From: Oculina patagonica
Taxonomy: Eukaryota
Assembly (NCBI RefSeq): GCF_052425735.1
Contig: NC_135768.1
Span: 16,926,001-16,990,000, forward strand
Reading direction: 5' to 3'
Length of the DNA stretch: 64,000 nucleotides
Numbering within the stretch: position 1 is the first letter of the stretch; each line of letters starts with the position of its first letter. The notes beneath the pieces are model-generated. The model was given only the letters and a program-made list of their open reading frames with translations, was not told where the DNA came from and ran no database searches. A program made the position numbers and the translations under genes. Below are positions 25,085 through 37,931 of the stretch, one piece after another.

Positions 25085-25987
25085 ATGAACTTCAGCTTGA
25101 ACGAATCATTGAGTGATGACCAAACGGAAACTCAGGCAAACGAGACTCTTGGGAATATTGTTATCATAAACTGCGTATTAAATGCACCATTGATGCTCAT
25201 ATCCATTTTGGGGAACTTTCTAGTATTCACTGCAATATGGCGAACTGTGTCTCTCCGATCACGGCCTTCCATGATGTTTATCTCAAGCCTCGCTGTCACA
25301 GACCTTCTTGTGGGTTTGATAGTCCAGCCAATATATATTGCAAATTTATTGACATCAGTTCGTCTGCTTAAATTGCTCTCGTCAATGATGGCCTTTGCTG
25401 CCTGTGGGGTCTCACTCGGTACGATGGCTACCATAAGCTTTGATCGATTTTTAGCCCTCCATTATCACATGCGATACGCGGCTATAATGACGTCATCCCG
25501 TGCAATATCTGCATTAGTAACAACATGGGTGATCATCAGTCTTTTATCTTGCCTTGTATTTTGGGATCCTATAACTTGCATGTTTATTATGGCCATTTTA
25601 ATCAGCTTCTATCTGATAATTTCTGCTTATTTTTACGTCAGACTTTATCGGATTGTCCGCCGGCATCAGATACAGATTCAGCATCAAGATTGCAATCCAC
25701 AGGCCTTAAATCCGCAGGCTTTGAATCAAAAGCGTTTGAATAAGAGTGCCTTCAACACGTTTGTATTTTATACCTCTACAATTCTATGTTATCTTCCAAG
25801 GTTTATTTCTGTACCTTTCAGTGATCCTAACACACATGACGAGACAGCATGGATCTTTGCAGATACTCTGGTATTTATGAACTCGGCCATAAATCCAGTC
25901 TTGTACTGTTGGCGTCTTGGCGACCTTCGAGCTGCTGTCGCAAAAGTCCTAAGAAATATGTTCTGCAAGCAAACCGTGGAAAACTGA
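25085..25987 (+). CDS. Intronless class A GPCR, 300 aa (R3)
   Basis: 7TM; DRFLALHYHMRY, CYLP, NSAINPVLYCWR; NPQAL duplicated in ICL3. Confidence 0.96.
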   Translation: MNFSLNESLSDDQTETQANETLGNIVIINCVLNAPLMLISILGNFLVFTAIWRTVSLRSRPSMMFISSLAVTDLLVGLIVQPIYIANLLTSVRLLKLLSSMMAFAACGVSLGTMATISFDRFLALHYHMRYAAIMTSSRAISALVTTWVIISLLSCLVFWDPITCMFIMAILISFYLIISAYFYVRLYRIVRRHQIQIQHQDCNPQALNPQALNQKRLNKSAFNTFVFYTSTILCYLPRFISVPFSDPNTHDETAWIFADTLVFMNSAINPVLYCWRLGDLRAAVAKVLRNMFCKQTVEN

Positions 25988-27597
25988 ATTCTCAAACACT
26001 TAGTGAAAACTTCAATACTGTTCAACAGAACCCAGAAATTTGATCATAGAGACGAGCTTCAAGATGGCCGCTCGGTGTGACTTTTTACATGAACACAGAA
26101 ACACATCATCTATTTAACTGAAGCATCATATATATGCCAATTACTTATCCGAAAGGAAAACCTAAAACCTTACAAACGACTTCGTTCTCAGCAAAGGTGA
26201 GGGTGAAAACCAATGGTGTGCCCCTATATAACTCCTATATACCGGAGGAGTAGGGGTGGAGGAGGGGATGAAAATGTAGCACGATGAAAGTATAGCTCGA
26301 TGCTTTACACAATCGATGAGAGAGAGAGAAAAGCATCGAGAATTGTGACGTCACAACCCCACGAAGTACCAGAAGTCCCTAGGGAGGAAGTGAGAACGTA
26401 GTCATAACAAACATCATAAAATCATCTATTTTACAGGGTAAAATGAATTTCCTTTAATTAAAAAAGCTGTTATGCTGCCCTATGGTTAAAAAAAGAAATA
26501 AAATAAAAAAAATATTCCCGGGGCTTATTTCTTTTCAACGTCTTTTGACAGCGGGGGAAATGGGACTTGTTTCTGAATAATAAATCAGCTAATGCACGCG
26601 TACATGTAACTGGAGTAGGCAGTGTTGACAACTTATATTACGAGTAAGTTATTGTGGTAGACGGGAGCTTGTTAATAACAGTTGAAGCTATAGAGGGAGC
26701 TGATTGGAGAGAGGGCTGACTTAAAAGTGAGGGTCAGTGAGCAAAATGTAGCGTTTACGCCATAATGATGTATGAAAAAGGAACATGAAATCCTCCGGCT
26801 TGAACTCAGGGACGTCGATGGAAATTGCTAGGGACCGAGAGACCTGAAAAAAAGGAAGAAAGAAAAAAAGAGACCTGACGTGTGGAGAGCGTAGAGCACA
26901 GCCACTTAACCTATGGACTTAATTTTTTGTCCGACAGACGTCATGTAGCGGTTTTAGGGCTCCTTTCTTGATAACAGCACCTAAATCTGCTATGGTTTCT
27001 CGTATTAAAATAATTCTAATTTAAAAAAATTGGAAGCCAAATCTTCTGGGAAAAATTAGTTGAATGAAATCAAAACTTATTTACGGTTGATATTAATAAA
27101 TCCTACATCAGTTTGTTAGAGAGGAAATCTGGATACAAATGTCAGTCATTTCGGTTTTTTTAATTCCCGGCAGTTACAAGAATCTTTTACAGTGACACGA
27201 TTGTTCCAAATATCAGAAAACGAGAGTGTATTTGTTGTGTAACAAATAGGGCAACCGTTTGACGTCATAAGATTTATGATCGTGGCGCCCAGTAAATTGA
27301 AAACCCAAGATTGTTTTTTTTTTATCTACATGTAGTTTTTATTACTATCCATTTATTCATTTTGTTTTTAGCTTTTTTAACCATATATACATAACTGTGT
27401 AAATAACCAGTTTTTTCATTACTCATTAACTTAGTATTTAACATAAATAATTTACTGTAAGAGTATTTCATCATATTTAATTAAAATTATTAGAAATATA
27501 TTAATTATTATTAGAAATATTTATTATCATTTTGTGCGTGTCTACATGACTATCAGTATCTTTAACTTATGAAAATTCTGCTATTAGTGGTCATTAG

Positions 27598-28524
27598 TCA
27601 ACTTTCTTGCCTTTTTCTACAAAACACTTGTCTTCCTGTCTTTACGACTGCCGTTCGAAGTTCTCCAAGGCGCCAACAGTACAATAGTGGGTTGATAGAC
27701 GAGTTCATAAATACAACTGTGTCAGCAAAGTTCCAAACCTTTGTCCAATCTTTCTTCGAAATTGCATATAGAGACAACGAAACCAACATAGGCAGATAGC
27801 ACAGAATAATAAAAACGTAAAATATAAATGAGTTTATGGCACTTCTCTTCAATCGCAACATGTTCATGTTTAATATATTTTCACCAGAGCTTTGTATTGC
27901 TTGCTGTTGAACGTGAATTTGCGATTGATGTTGTTGAACTATTTGAAAAATACGAGTGTAGGAATACGTGGAGATTAGGAGGCAAACACAAATGGCAAAA
28001 CATATGCCTGCAAAAAAGATAATTTTGTTCCAAAAGTAAAAACCTGATAAAATGGACACCACGATCCAAGTTGTTACTAGCACACGGGTGACTCGAGGAA
28101 TGGTAACTGTAGCAGCATATCTCATGTGGTAGTGAAGGGCTGCAAATCGATCGAAGCTAATAGCTGTTACTGTGCAAAGAGAAACTCCGCATAACGAAAA
28201 TTGTATTATTTCGGTAATTCGTAATGCAGGGTATACACGTACTCTTAAAACTTCCGTAGCAATGTACAGTGGTTGTACGATGGCTCCAACAAGAAAGTCT
28301 GAAACAGCCAAACTGCAGAGCAATGTTATGGACGGTGAACGAAGCGAAGGCGTTCTTAATATGGCGGCTAGCACCAGAGTGTTGCCAAAAATGGATATGA
28401 GCATCAACGGAGCATTGAGGACACAGTTTATGATGAGAATTGGGTTAAGATGATTATTTCCTTTCGTATTTGAGAAGTAACTTGCTGATTCAGAACCATT
28501 CTTAAGTGACGTGTTGTTGATCAT
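27598..28524 (-). CDS. Intronless class A GPCR, 308 aa (R4)
   Basis: 7TM; DRFAALHYHMRY, NSSINPLLYCWR. Confidence 0.96.
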   Translation of the reverse strand: MINNTSLKNGSESASYFSNTKGNNHLNPILIINCVLNAPLMLISIFGNTLVLAAILRTPSLRSPSITLLCSLAVSDFLVGAIVQPLYIATEVLRVRVYPALRITEIIQFSLCGVSLCTVTAISFDRFAALHYHMRYAATVTIPRVTRVLVTTWIVVSILSGFYFWNKIIFFAGICFAICVCLLISTYSYTRIFQIVQQHQSQIHVQQQAIQSSGENILNMNMLRLKRSAINSFIFYVFIILCYLPMLVSLSLYAISKKDWTKVWNFADTVVFMNSSINPLLYCWRLGELRTAVVKTGRQVFCRKRQES

Positions 28525-30820
28525 CCTGACGATTTGAAATTTCAGAAATCCCTAACTTTAGAAATAACGTTTTCCAATGAGTGGTGTTGTCGTAACCGAA
28601 CCTCCCTAACAATTCTTTTTTAGAACTACCGGCAGTGTTGTCTGAATGTGTATAATCCTCATGTGTATTAATTTCCCTTTGCAAATAGAAGGCCACGATG
28701 TTTTTTGACAACGATTTTGGCAATACAAAAATACCCTATATTTATGGCTGAAAGTTTGTTGCCGGAAATTAAAAAGCGTTGCCTGGGTAGATACTGCTGA
28801 TATCTATAGAAATATAGCGTAGCCTATATCTACCGATTGTCAGTATAAGAACATTAAGCAAAGATAAATACGAAAACTAATTGTTTTAATAACAGTGGGT
28901 CGGAACTGAATCCTATAATGGAACAAATGATTCTGAAATTAAAGCTCCCCCAAATAATTAAATTCAATCTAATTTCGACTTGGAAATTAGTCTGGTACGT
29001 AATTGCCAAGCGTGCCGTTTTTTTTTGTCGACTTTAAAAATTTAGACACGGTAAAGAAAGCAAAAACAAACTTTTACACCAAATAAAAAGCAGCTTGGCA
29101 ATATGTTTTTTAACTAGTACATGACCAGATGTTTATTTGAAAGTTCAACAATCGTTTGGAGCAAAAGGTGACAATATGTTTCACCGTCGCGTACACAATA
29201 CAATATTAATCTTTATTTTTATTTGAATTTAAAATGACATAGCAAAAACAAACATCTTCAAAAGAAATAATTATGGTATAAAAAAGACTGCAATATATGA
29301 AGGGCAATATAATAATAACACAGAACAAATTAAAGCTTTCAGTCTGAGATGAAACTTATAAATCAAAAATTCTAAGGAGTTTTTCTTTTAAAGGAATCAT
29401 AAAACGTCATTGCTGGAGACGTCTTCACCAGCTGTCACATCTTTTTTTTGAAGATATCAAATGATTTCTAAGTTTTCTTTTCAACATCCCTATTGTAGTA
29501 AAAGACAGCGTTTGAAAATTCGGGCTTCTGAAAAAATAATAAGAAAAGGCTTAACAGCACGAAATGTCCATCTAATGAAGTACATTTTGATTTTTGGAGG
29601 GTGCAAACAAAAAAGGTCATACGGCAAAAAATCTATTATTGCCTGCTCTGAAGGCTTTTCCTTTTTTTTACAATTTTTTAATTAACTGCTTTGATCAATA
29701 ATTACTCCGAAAAACTGATCGAAGTCTGAGACAACAAGAATGCAGAGCGAAACATGGAGTGATGAACGAAACGGCGGCGCATTAGCAATAACGAGTGTGA
29801 TAACAATGGTTTCAGAAACAGAATTATTATGTTTCCTGCTCTGCAGATCTAGATTTGATTTTCTGTTTCGTTCGTTAATTTATGACTCTTTTTTCTATAG
29901 AGCTTAAACCCACGGTTGATATCGAAACAAAGCAATAGTTGTCAATCTTCCACACAAAAACCGACTGGATTCAAATTGGATGAAAAATCAAATCACTAGT
30001 TCTGTATTACAGAGATGACAGTGCATTATTGTCTAGATTTGGTTCAAGCTTGATTCAATTTATAGTTTGTTTTGCGACATCAGAAGGCGGAGAAAGACAT
30101 TGAACTCATACACATCAATTAGACAAGACAAAGGAGCAATATGACTCCTTTTGTGAGTTGCAAGCATAAATAATTCAATGGAGTATATTTTTACTAACGA
30201 TAGCCTTGGTAATCACCGCTACAATTTCGAAGTATTTGGGCAGGTTGGGCACGTTCGCAGAGCTAACAGTCTATCAACTTGTTAGGATACCTGTTTCACG
30301 TTCTGCCCTTCATAACCACATTCCAACTTTTCTGTACTTATCTTGGTTGTTTACGACATAAAATGGTACCGTCCTTACAGCCACCTTTTGGGACATAACT
30401 TTCTGTTTGCTTTGGCAGGTATTTATGAGGTCTTTAGCTATTTGTGCATTTGCCAAAGTCTCTTTCTCTGCTTGGTCAATTTTCGCCGAGTTGTTTTGAT
30501 AAAACTACAAAGAAACCTCGTTATTTTCTGCAGGACATGCCCTTACTACTATTAGTACGGCGTATGCATTGTTGATATAAGCTGAGAAACATTCAGTGGA
30601 TAATATATGTGAATAGTAGATATTGATGTAAAAAGTCATTTTGTGCATCATGGAGCAAAAACGAAGAAAAACAAAAACAAAACAAACTCTGCTCTATTAA
30701 GCCTGGTTTTCACTAGGACGCAGACAAGCGCAAGAATAACGCTTTTTTCACCGTAAAAAGGTTTGAAAGAACGGAGGCATTTTTTTTTTTTTTTTTTTTG
30801 GGGGAAACAAAAAAAAATAT

Positions 30821-30853
<33 letters not shown>

Positions 30854-31072
30854 CTTTTTTCTCTTGAAAACAAGGTTACATAAGATAAGTGTTACATAAC
30901 ATTTACGCCTAGCCATACATCCACCATACCATTGACTTGCATTTTGCTTTACCATGGCAACATTTTTTTCTGATCAGTTCCCTTCTATACTTGCATTTCG
31001 ACATTTGTTTTCACTCTCAAATCTGGCTGCTGTAGCCCCTTCATTTAAAAGACGATGATGCGTTATATTAAA

Positions 31073-31225
31073 NNNNNNNNNNNNNNNNNNNNNNNNNNNN
31101 NNNNNNNNNNNNNNNNNNNNNNNNNNNNNNNNNNNNNNNNNNNNNNNNNNNNNNNNNNNNNNNNNNNNNNNNNNNNNNNNNNNNNNNNNNNNNNNNNNNN
31201 NNNNNNNNNNNNNNNNNNNNNNNNN
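31073..31225. other. Assembly gap (153 N) with low-quality flanks
   Basis: Run of N; inflated homopolymers at ~30780-30860 and ~31226-31400. Confidence 0.99.
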
Positions 31226-31443
31226 TTTGTAAAAAAAAATTTCGGGGCACTCTTTAAAAAAAAACTTTTTTATATAGGCCCGCCCTCCACAACCATAAAC
31301 CTCCCCCCACTTGACCCACTATTTTTATGGTATTTGTTTACTAAATTACGGCGACTGACTAAAAAAAACCTTTTCATAAGCCCCCCCCCCACAACCAAAA
31401 ACTCGCACAATTTGGACCGAACTAAGCTTTGGTTTGTCCTCTT

Positions 31444-32358
31444 TTATTCTTGATATGTCTTAGTACATGGCATCTGCCTTGCTGTCTTTATTACTGCTGC
31501 TCGAAGTTCGCCAATACGCCAGCAATACAGAAATGGATTGATAGAGGAGTTCATAAACACTACCGTGGTAGCGAAGCCCCATTCTGTTTTCAGGTTCTTG
31601 TATGGCAGTTTATAGAAACTCAAAAAAATATACATCGGCGTATAACACAGAATTAAAACAATGTAAAACACGAAAGTATTCATTGCACTTCTTTTCAACC
31701 GCATTGTGTTTAAAGTATTGCCAGCATTGGAACTTTGCACTGCTTGTTGTTGGATGTGAATTTGTGACTGGTGCTGACGAACTATTAGATAAATTCTGAT
31801 GTAAGAATATGTGGAAATTACAAAAGAAACGACAATGAAACCCGCAGCCAAGTGGTTAAAGACGTGTTCATTTCTAAAGTGAAAATTTGCCAATGCGACG
31901 ATTGTCAACCAAAACGTTATTACGGTAAAACTGACTCGGGATTTAGTCACTAAAGTAGTATATCTCATGTGATAGTGAAGAGCCATGAACCGATCCACAC
32001 TTATGGCTGTTATTGTACATAAAGAAATCCCACATAACGAAGACCCAGTTATCTTCGAAAGACGGTATAAAACGTTCTTGTCATTCGTAACTTCCTGAGC
32101 AATGAAAATCGGTTGAGCAATGACACCAACAAGAAGATCTGAAACAGCAAGACTGCTGAGCATAATCATCGAAGTTGATTGAATGGAAGGAGTTCTTATT
32201 ATGGCGGCCAATACCAAAGCGTTTCCCAGGATGGATATGAGCATCAGTGGAGCGTTAAGACCACAGATTATGATGACAGTTGCATCAATTCTAGTGTGTT
32301 CTTCATAATTTATATGAGATGCTGATTCGCTCTTTCCATTATCAATGTGGTTCATCAT
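31444..32358 (-). CDS. Intronless class A GPCR (R5); likely start MMNH at 32358
   Basis: 7TM; DRFMALHYHMRY, NSSINPFLYCWR; the ORF-track start at 32388 is a TTG. Confidence 0.95.
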   Translation of the reverse strand: MMNHIDNGKSESASHINYEEHTRIDATVIIICGLNAPLMLISILGNALVLAAIIRTPSIQSTSMIMLSSLAVSDLLVGVIAQPIFIAQEVTNDKNVLYRLSKITGSSLCGISLCTITAISVDRFMALHYHMRYTTLVTKSRVSFTVITFWLTIVALANFHFRNEHVFNHLAAGFIVVSFVISTYSYIRIYLIVRQHQSQIHIQQQAVQSSNAGNTLNTMRLKRSAMNTFVFYIVLILCYTPMYIFLSFYKLPYKNLKTEWGFATTVVFMNSSINPFLYCWRIGELRAAVIKTARQMPCTKTYQE

Positions 32359-33842
32359 ATTGTCCTTTTTTATCTGCTGGCCGGGCAAGCAGATGAAACT
32401 GTCTTGAACAGCGGCTCTCGGGACCCCGGCTTATATTTTACGATCTTACTGCCACGTTTATTGTCTAACACCGCTCATGCTTGGTTTTGTATTACCTTAT
32501 TTAGTTGTTAAAGGTCTATGGTTATTACTAGTACTTTAATTAATCAAATTTTCCCTTATGAGTTGACACATTAAACGCCTAAATACGCCTCTGACAGCCG
32601 TAGAAATTTTGTTTATCTTTGTGCGTTGTTCATCACTCAATGTGCCTATATAATCAAAAATTTAGTAAGGTCAAGCGTTTTGCAGCTTTAATCGTGAAAA
32701 TTAGCATGAAAAAAGGAGGAACAAAATTAAATGATATAGAATACATAAAACTACGCCCTGAGCATATAATTTATCTAGCGTTTTAATTAAAATTTGAAGC
32801 TATCCTTATAAAAGTTATTGGGCGTCAAACATATTTTGCGTTGTGTCGAGGTTTCAGACAGACCCAGATTGTGGAATTTGGTTGGGATTTTGATGCAGAA
32901 ATACAATGCATTCGCATTTTCTGTAGCGTATGGGTTGTCTATATCTAAGCAACAATCATGATAACTAGTACATGTATAGAAGTAGTGATTATTGTAGATA
33001 TAAAAAGCGTACCCAAACTTCATCTCAAACGGCACCATTTTATTAATGGATTACAAGTTCCTTAAGCCTACTAGCAATACACGTGCATTCTGATCTATAT
33101 ATTTTTACAATTTTGGTTGTAATGTTATAACTTCGATTATACAATACATTACTCGCCTTATAGAGATGGTGTCGCATTTTTATTCCTATTTTTATTCACA
33201 TTTTCAAAGTTATTCCTGTTCCTAGCAGAATTCAACACCTTCCAATAAGGTAACTGTCCCATCCTTAATTTTTGCATGGGCATCTAAAGTGCTTTCTGAA
33301 TGATTGCGACTTACACTGGCAGATTTGTATTAAAGTTTTTTTAGTCTTTACGAAATTAAATGAAATTTCCCTTAGGTAAAAAGTAAATAAAATATAAGCG
33401 CAAAGAAAGGAGTGTCAAAATTGACCACTAAGTAATTACGAAGCGCGAAGCGACTGATCTGTGAAACTACCACAAAATAAGTATGTAAAATAAAACATGT
33501 ATTTTTACAATAAGAGAAATCTCACAAACGCGTTATACTTTACACACGAACATACTGAAATCATAAGATCATGCGGGTTTTTTTGTCATCCCTCAGTTAG
33601 GTTATACAATTAGTTCTCATTTCAATTTTTTTTCTATATTACACCAGACCTAATTTTGGCAATAATCCACAAATTGTTAGATCACAGTGATCTAGGGAAC
33701 AGAGTGAACCAACACACGTAGCTTATGGGCCATCCTTTACCATGTGTTTGTCCATATAATTAAAAAGACATGCATCCTGTCCTTAATTTGGAATCCATAC
33801 TTACGGTTGTACGGTTACATCAAATATTTGGTTGCTTTTATT

Positions 33843-34799
33843 TTAGGTCTGACCTGTTTGTTTACATAGTCATCTGCCTTGCTGTCTTTACAACTGCCGT
33901 TCGAAGTTCCCCAAGACGCCAGCAATACAAAATTGGATTGATAGAGGAGTTCATAAACACTACCGTGGTAGCAAACTTCCATTCGATTTTCCAGTGCCTG
34001 TATGATGCTCCGTAGAGTGTCAGTAAAACAAAGGTTGGAACATAACATGAAATTAAAACGATATAAAACATGAAAGTGTTTATTGCACTTCTTCTTAATC
34101 GCGCCATGTCTAAGTTACTACCGAGCATTAGAACTTTGCACTGCCTGTTGTTGAGCTTGAATCTGTGACTGATGCTGACGAACTATTAGATAAATTCTAA
34201 TGTAAGAAAATGTGGAAATTATAAGACAAATGACAATTAAAACTGCGATTAACTGATTAAGTAAACGCTTGTTCCCCAAAGTAGAAGCTTGACAAAGCGA
34301 AATTTGTCAACCAGATCATCAACACAGCAAAACTTGTACGAGATTTAGTAACTAAAGAAGCATATCTCATGTGATAATGAAGGGCCGCAAATCGATCCAA
34401 AGAGATTGCTGTTATTGTAGCTAGTGAAACTCCACAAAACGAAAGAACTGCCACTTGTGCAAGATTGGATACGAAAACACTGCTCATTCTGGTAAGTTCA
34501 TTGGCAATGTAAAGCGGTTGAGCTATGACACCAACAAGAAGATCTGAAACAGCAAGACTGCTGAGCAAAGTCATTGAAGTCGAGCGAATGGAAGGTGTTC
34601 TTATAATGGCGGCCAGCACCAAAGCGTTGCCCAGAGTGGAAATGACCATCAATGGCGCATTCAAAACGCAGATCATGATAGCAGTTTCATCAATATTAGT
34701 GTAGCCCTGAAAGTTTGAAGCATAATCTGATTCATTCCTGCGTTCAGTTTGGTTTGTTGTATTTCCATCACCATGTTTGGTAGAAAACAAATCAGACAT
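33843..34799 (-). pseudogene. Full-length GPCR with three +1 frameshifts (R6)
   Basis: Alignment to paralogs needs removal of one base at ~34275 (TTT GGG [G] AAC), ~34126 (AAT [G] CTC GGT) and ~33869 (A[C]TA TGT). These could be assembly errors. Confidence 0.85.
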
Positions 34800-35662
34800 T
34801 GTAAGATTTTCTTGACAGTGCAGGTGGCGGTTACCAGTTTTCACTTTCCACACTTTGTGAATTGAAAGACGTTTGTTGCATAAGACAGTTAATGCTCGCT
34901 TTTATAAAACCTACACGAGTTTTCTCAATAAATGTCGCACTTTAGTCACATTATGTATGTCGGCAAGTCGGCAACAGACCCGTTGTGACTTACTTTAAAC
35001 CATTTGAACTGGAATCTCAACGATCTCGATTTCAAAGCAAGCGTTCTTCAAGGTTCGTACAATTTCCTTGGCCTTCAAAAGAAATTACTTTCAAAGGTGA
35101 AGATTTGATTAAAGCAAGTTGCGTTGTGCTGTTTAATTAATCTTAAGGTAGTCCTTTCTCTTCCGTTTGCCACTCGATTCGTTTATGAAGTCAAACAATC
35201 GTCTTTGTACATCTGTTCTCAAGAATATTAACATCAAAAAGAGGAGCGAAAACTAAATAAATTGAAAATACGAACACCACGCCGACCATTAAAACATATT
35301 TATTTAGCAGTTCATTAATAACGCGAAGCGACAATTCTATATAACAGTTATATCTGGGCGGAGATTAATCTTGTTTTAAGCGCAATATCACGCCGTTTTA
35401 GCGTCTTATTCAGTCGAATAATTATATTGAGCACTTTTATCAAGAAACACGGGCGGTCCAGTCTCTTTCGATTTTCTGTAGAATGTCAAAAATCCGAATC
35501 CATTCAACTTTGTCAATGTTCAGTAGTTTTCAATAATAAAACTGAAAAAAACTCTCGTTGTTTTCTGTAGGACATGCCGTGCGGGGTAATGATTGCCGAT
35601 TGTAAATAAAGGAATTCAATGTTTGCAATGCGATTGAAAACCTTTCTGCTAATCTCTATCAG

Positions 35663-35701
35663 GCGATGAAGACTTAAGCAGTATAACAGCCGAAACGTCG
35701 C
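35663..35701 (+). mobile_element. Degenerate Penelope-type hammerhead-like motif (duplicate at 40189-40227)
   Basis: GCGATGA-AGACT...AGCC-GAAAC-GTC; the core is mutated relative to CUGAUGA. Confidence 0.4.
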
Positions 35702-35782
35702 AATCAATGCCTCAAGGCGACTCCATCGTGAGACAAACGAATAAACGTTAATGCTCTCATCAAAAAACATTTTTCTATTACA

Positions 35783-35920
35783 ACAGGGCTGAACTGGTTC
35801 GAATGATGGATACCCTATTCAGTGGATAAATCGCTATCCGCCTGTGGATAAATGTTAACAAAACATTCTACGCTATCCACTAGATAACGTTATCCATCCT
35901 TTGAATAACTGGACCACGAC
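35783..35920. mobile_element. Short GGATA/TATCC-repeat MITE (duplicate at ~40284-40420)
   Basis: CTGGTTCGAATGATGGATA...GTGGATAAATCGCTATCC...TTATCCATCCTTTGAATAACTGG, a palindromic organisation. Confidence 0.75.
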
Positions 35921-35985
35921 CTGGGCCTCACTGTAATCCACGAAACTTTTGTTTATCGTGATAGAAACATGAAGCTTCTTCCATT

Positions 35986-36940
35986 TTAGTCCTGACCTGT
36001 TTGGGTACAAAGAATCTTCCTTGCTATCTTTACAATTGCCGTTCGAAGCTCGCGAAGACGCCAACAGTACAAAATTGGATTGATAGAGGAGTTCATAAAC
36101 ATTACCGTAATAGCAAAGTCCCATTCTGTTTTCCAGTCCTCGTATGATGTTCCATATAATGTCAATAAAATATAAATTGGAAAATAACATAATATTAAAA
36201 CGATATAAAACACGAACGTATTTTTTGCACTCCTTCTCAATCGCATTAAGTTAATGTTATTGCCAAGGTTGGAATTGTGCACCGCTTGTTGTTGAGCGTT
36301 GATCTGTAACTGATGATGACGAACAATCTGATAAATTCTGACGTAACAAAAAGTGGAAATTGTCAAACATATGACATTCAAAACTGCGACTAACAGGAAA
36401 AAGGCACGCTCGCTCCAAAGGTATAAACCTATCAAAACGAAGATGATCGACCAAATCATCCCTACAGTACATTGAACACGGGATTTAGTAACCAAAGCTG
36501 GATATCTCATGTGAAAGTGAAGGGCCATAAATCGATCCAAAGTGATGGCTGTTATTGTACCTAACGAAATTCCACAAAACGAAACTACTGTTATTTCCGA
36601 AAGAGTCTAGGACAACATTGTTGTATTCGGTAAGTTCGTTGGCGTGAAACAGCGGTTGAGCTATGACGCCAACAAGAAGATCTGAAACAGCAAGACTGCT
36701 GAGCATAATCATCGAAGTTGAGCGAATGGAAGGAGTTCTTATTATGGCAGCCAATACTAAACCGTTGCCTAGAATGGATATGAGCATCAAAGGAACATTC
36801 AAAGCACAGTTAATGATTACAGTGGCATCAATACCAGTGTGATCTTCGAAGTTTAAACCATAATCTGATTCGTTCTTGCCTTCATCGGTTTGGTTTGTCG
36901 TATTGCCATATTCATGTCTGGCAGAAGGCAAGTCGGACAT
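35986..36940 (-). pseudogene. Full-length GPCR with a 2-nt deletion at the top of TM3 (R7; sister of R10)
   Basis: R10 has TAC CAT CTT TCG and R7 has GAC --T CTT TCG at ~36605; the two halves lie in different frames. Confidence 0.88.
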
Positions 36941-37931
36941 TGTACAAATGTATCTAACAGTGCAGATGTCGGTTACCAGTTTAAATCATTATAACAGTTA
37001 TAACACCGCTGACGCTGGCTTTGATGTTGCCTACAGAGTTTCGTCGATCAGTTTCGCTCGTACTTCACATTATAAATGTCATTATGTATTGTAGTCAACA
37101 GACTTTTTGTGAAATCCTTTGAAATCATCGGTACTGAAAAAATAAATTATTTCGAATTGAATGCGAGCGTTCTTCGAGATTAATATAACTTCAATAGCCT
37201 TCCAAATAAATTATTTTGAAGAATAAATGGATAACTTTTTAATTTTTAGGTGGACTTTCTTCTTTTGTTTACCACTCCATTCGTATATGCAAGAAAAACA
37301 ATCGCCTTTTTTCATCTCTTCTCAAGGAAATTAACATGAAAAAGGGAATGAAAACTAAATTGAAAATACGAACACCACGCCTACCCAAAAAAAAATTATT
37401 TATTTTTCACTTCATTAATAATAGGAAGCTTTAATTAATTCTACAGAAAAGCTATGAAGGGCTATGTCATGCAGATTTAGCGTCTTAGACAGTTAGATAT
37501 ACTTAGCATTTTGATCTCTCGTTTGAGTTTCTGCAGATTGTCCAAAATCCAATTGTATTCAACTTTGGCCAATGTTGAGTTGTTTTAAATAAACTAAACA
37601 AAAACCGTTTTTTAGTAATGGCTATGCTGTGCAGTGTAAGGATTGTTGATCACCAAAAAATAAAGCAATTCCGTTTTGGCAATGTGATTGAGTGCATTTT
37701 GGTATAGAAAATAACATACTAAGAAAATCAGTAGAACTATTCTGGAGCTTTAACGGGTGGAATCAACTGCAGCTGAATGTGTACATGTTTATCGTAACAT
37801 ATTATTAACGGCAGTGCGACTTTTTCTTTTTTCAATTCTTCTTCAATCCTTCCCTCTGCCTTTTTTCAGTCAGAGCTTGCTGCTGTGACCCGTTTTTGTT
37901 ATAGGAATGTTCCCAAAATGTCTATTAAATT

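Noticed and set aside
30713-31453. Poly-Lys and X-containing ORFs around the gap
   Set aside because: They derive from homopolymer-inflated low-quality sequence and Ns.
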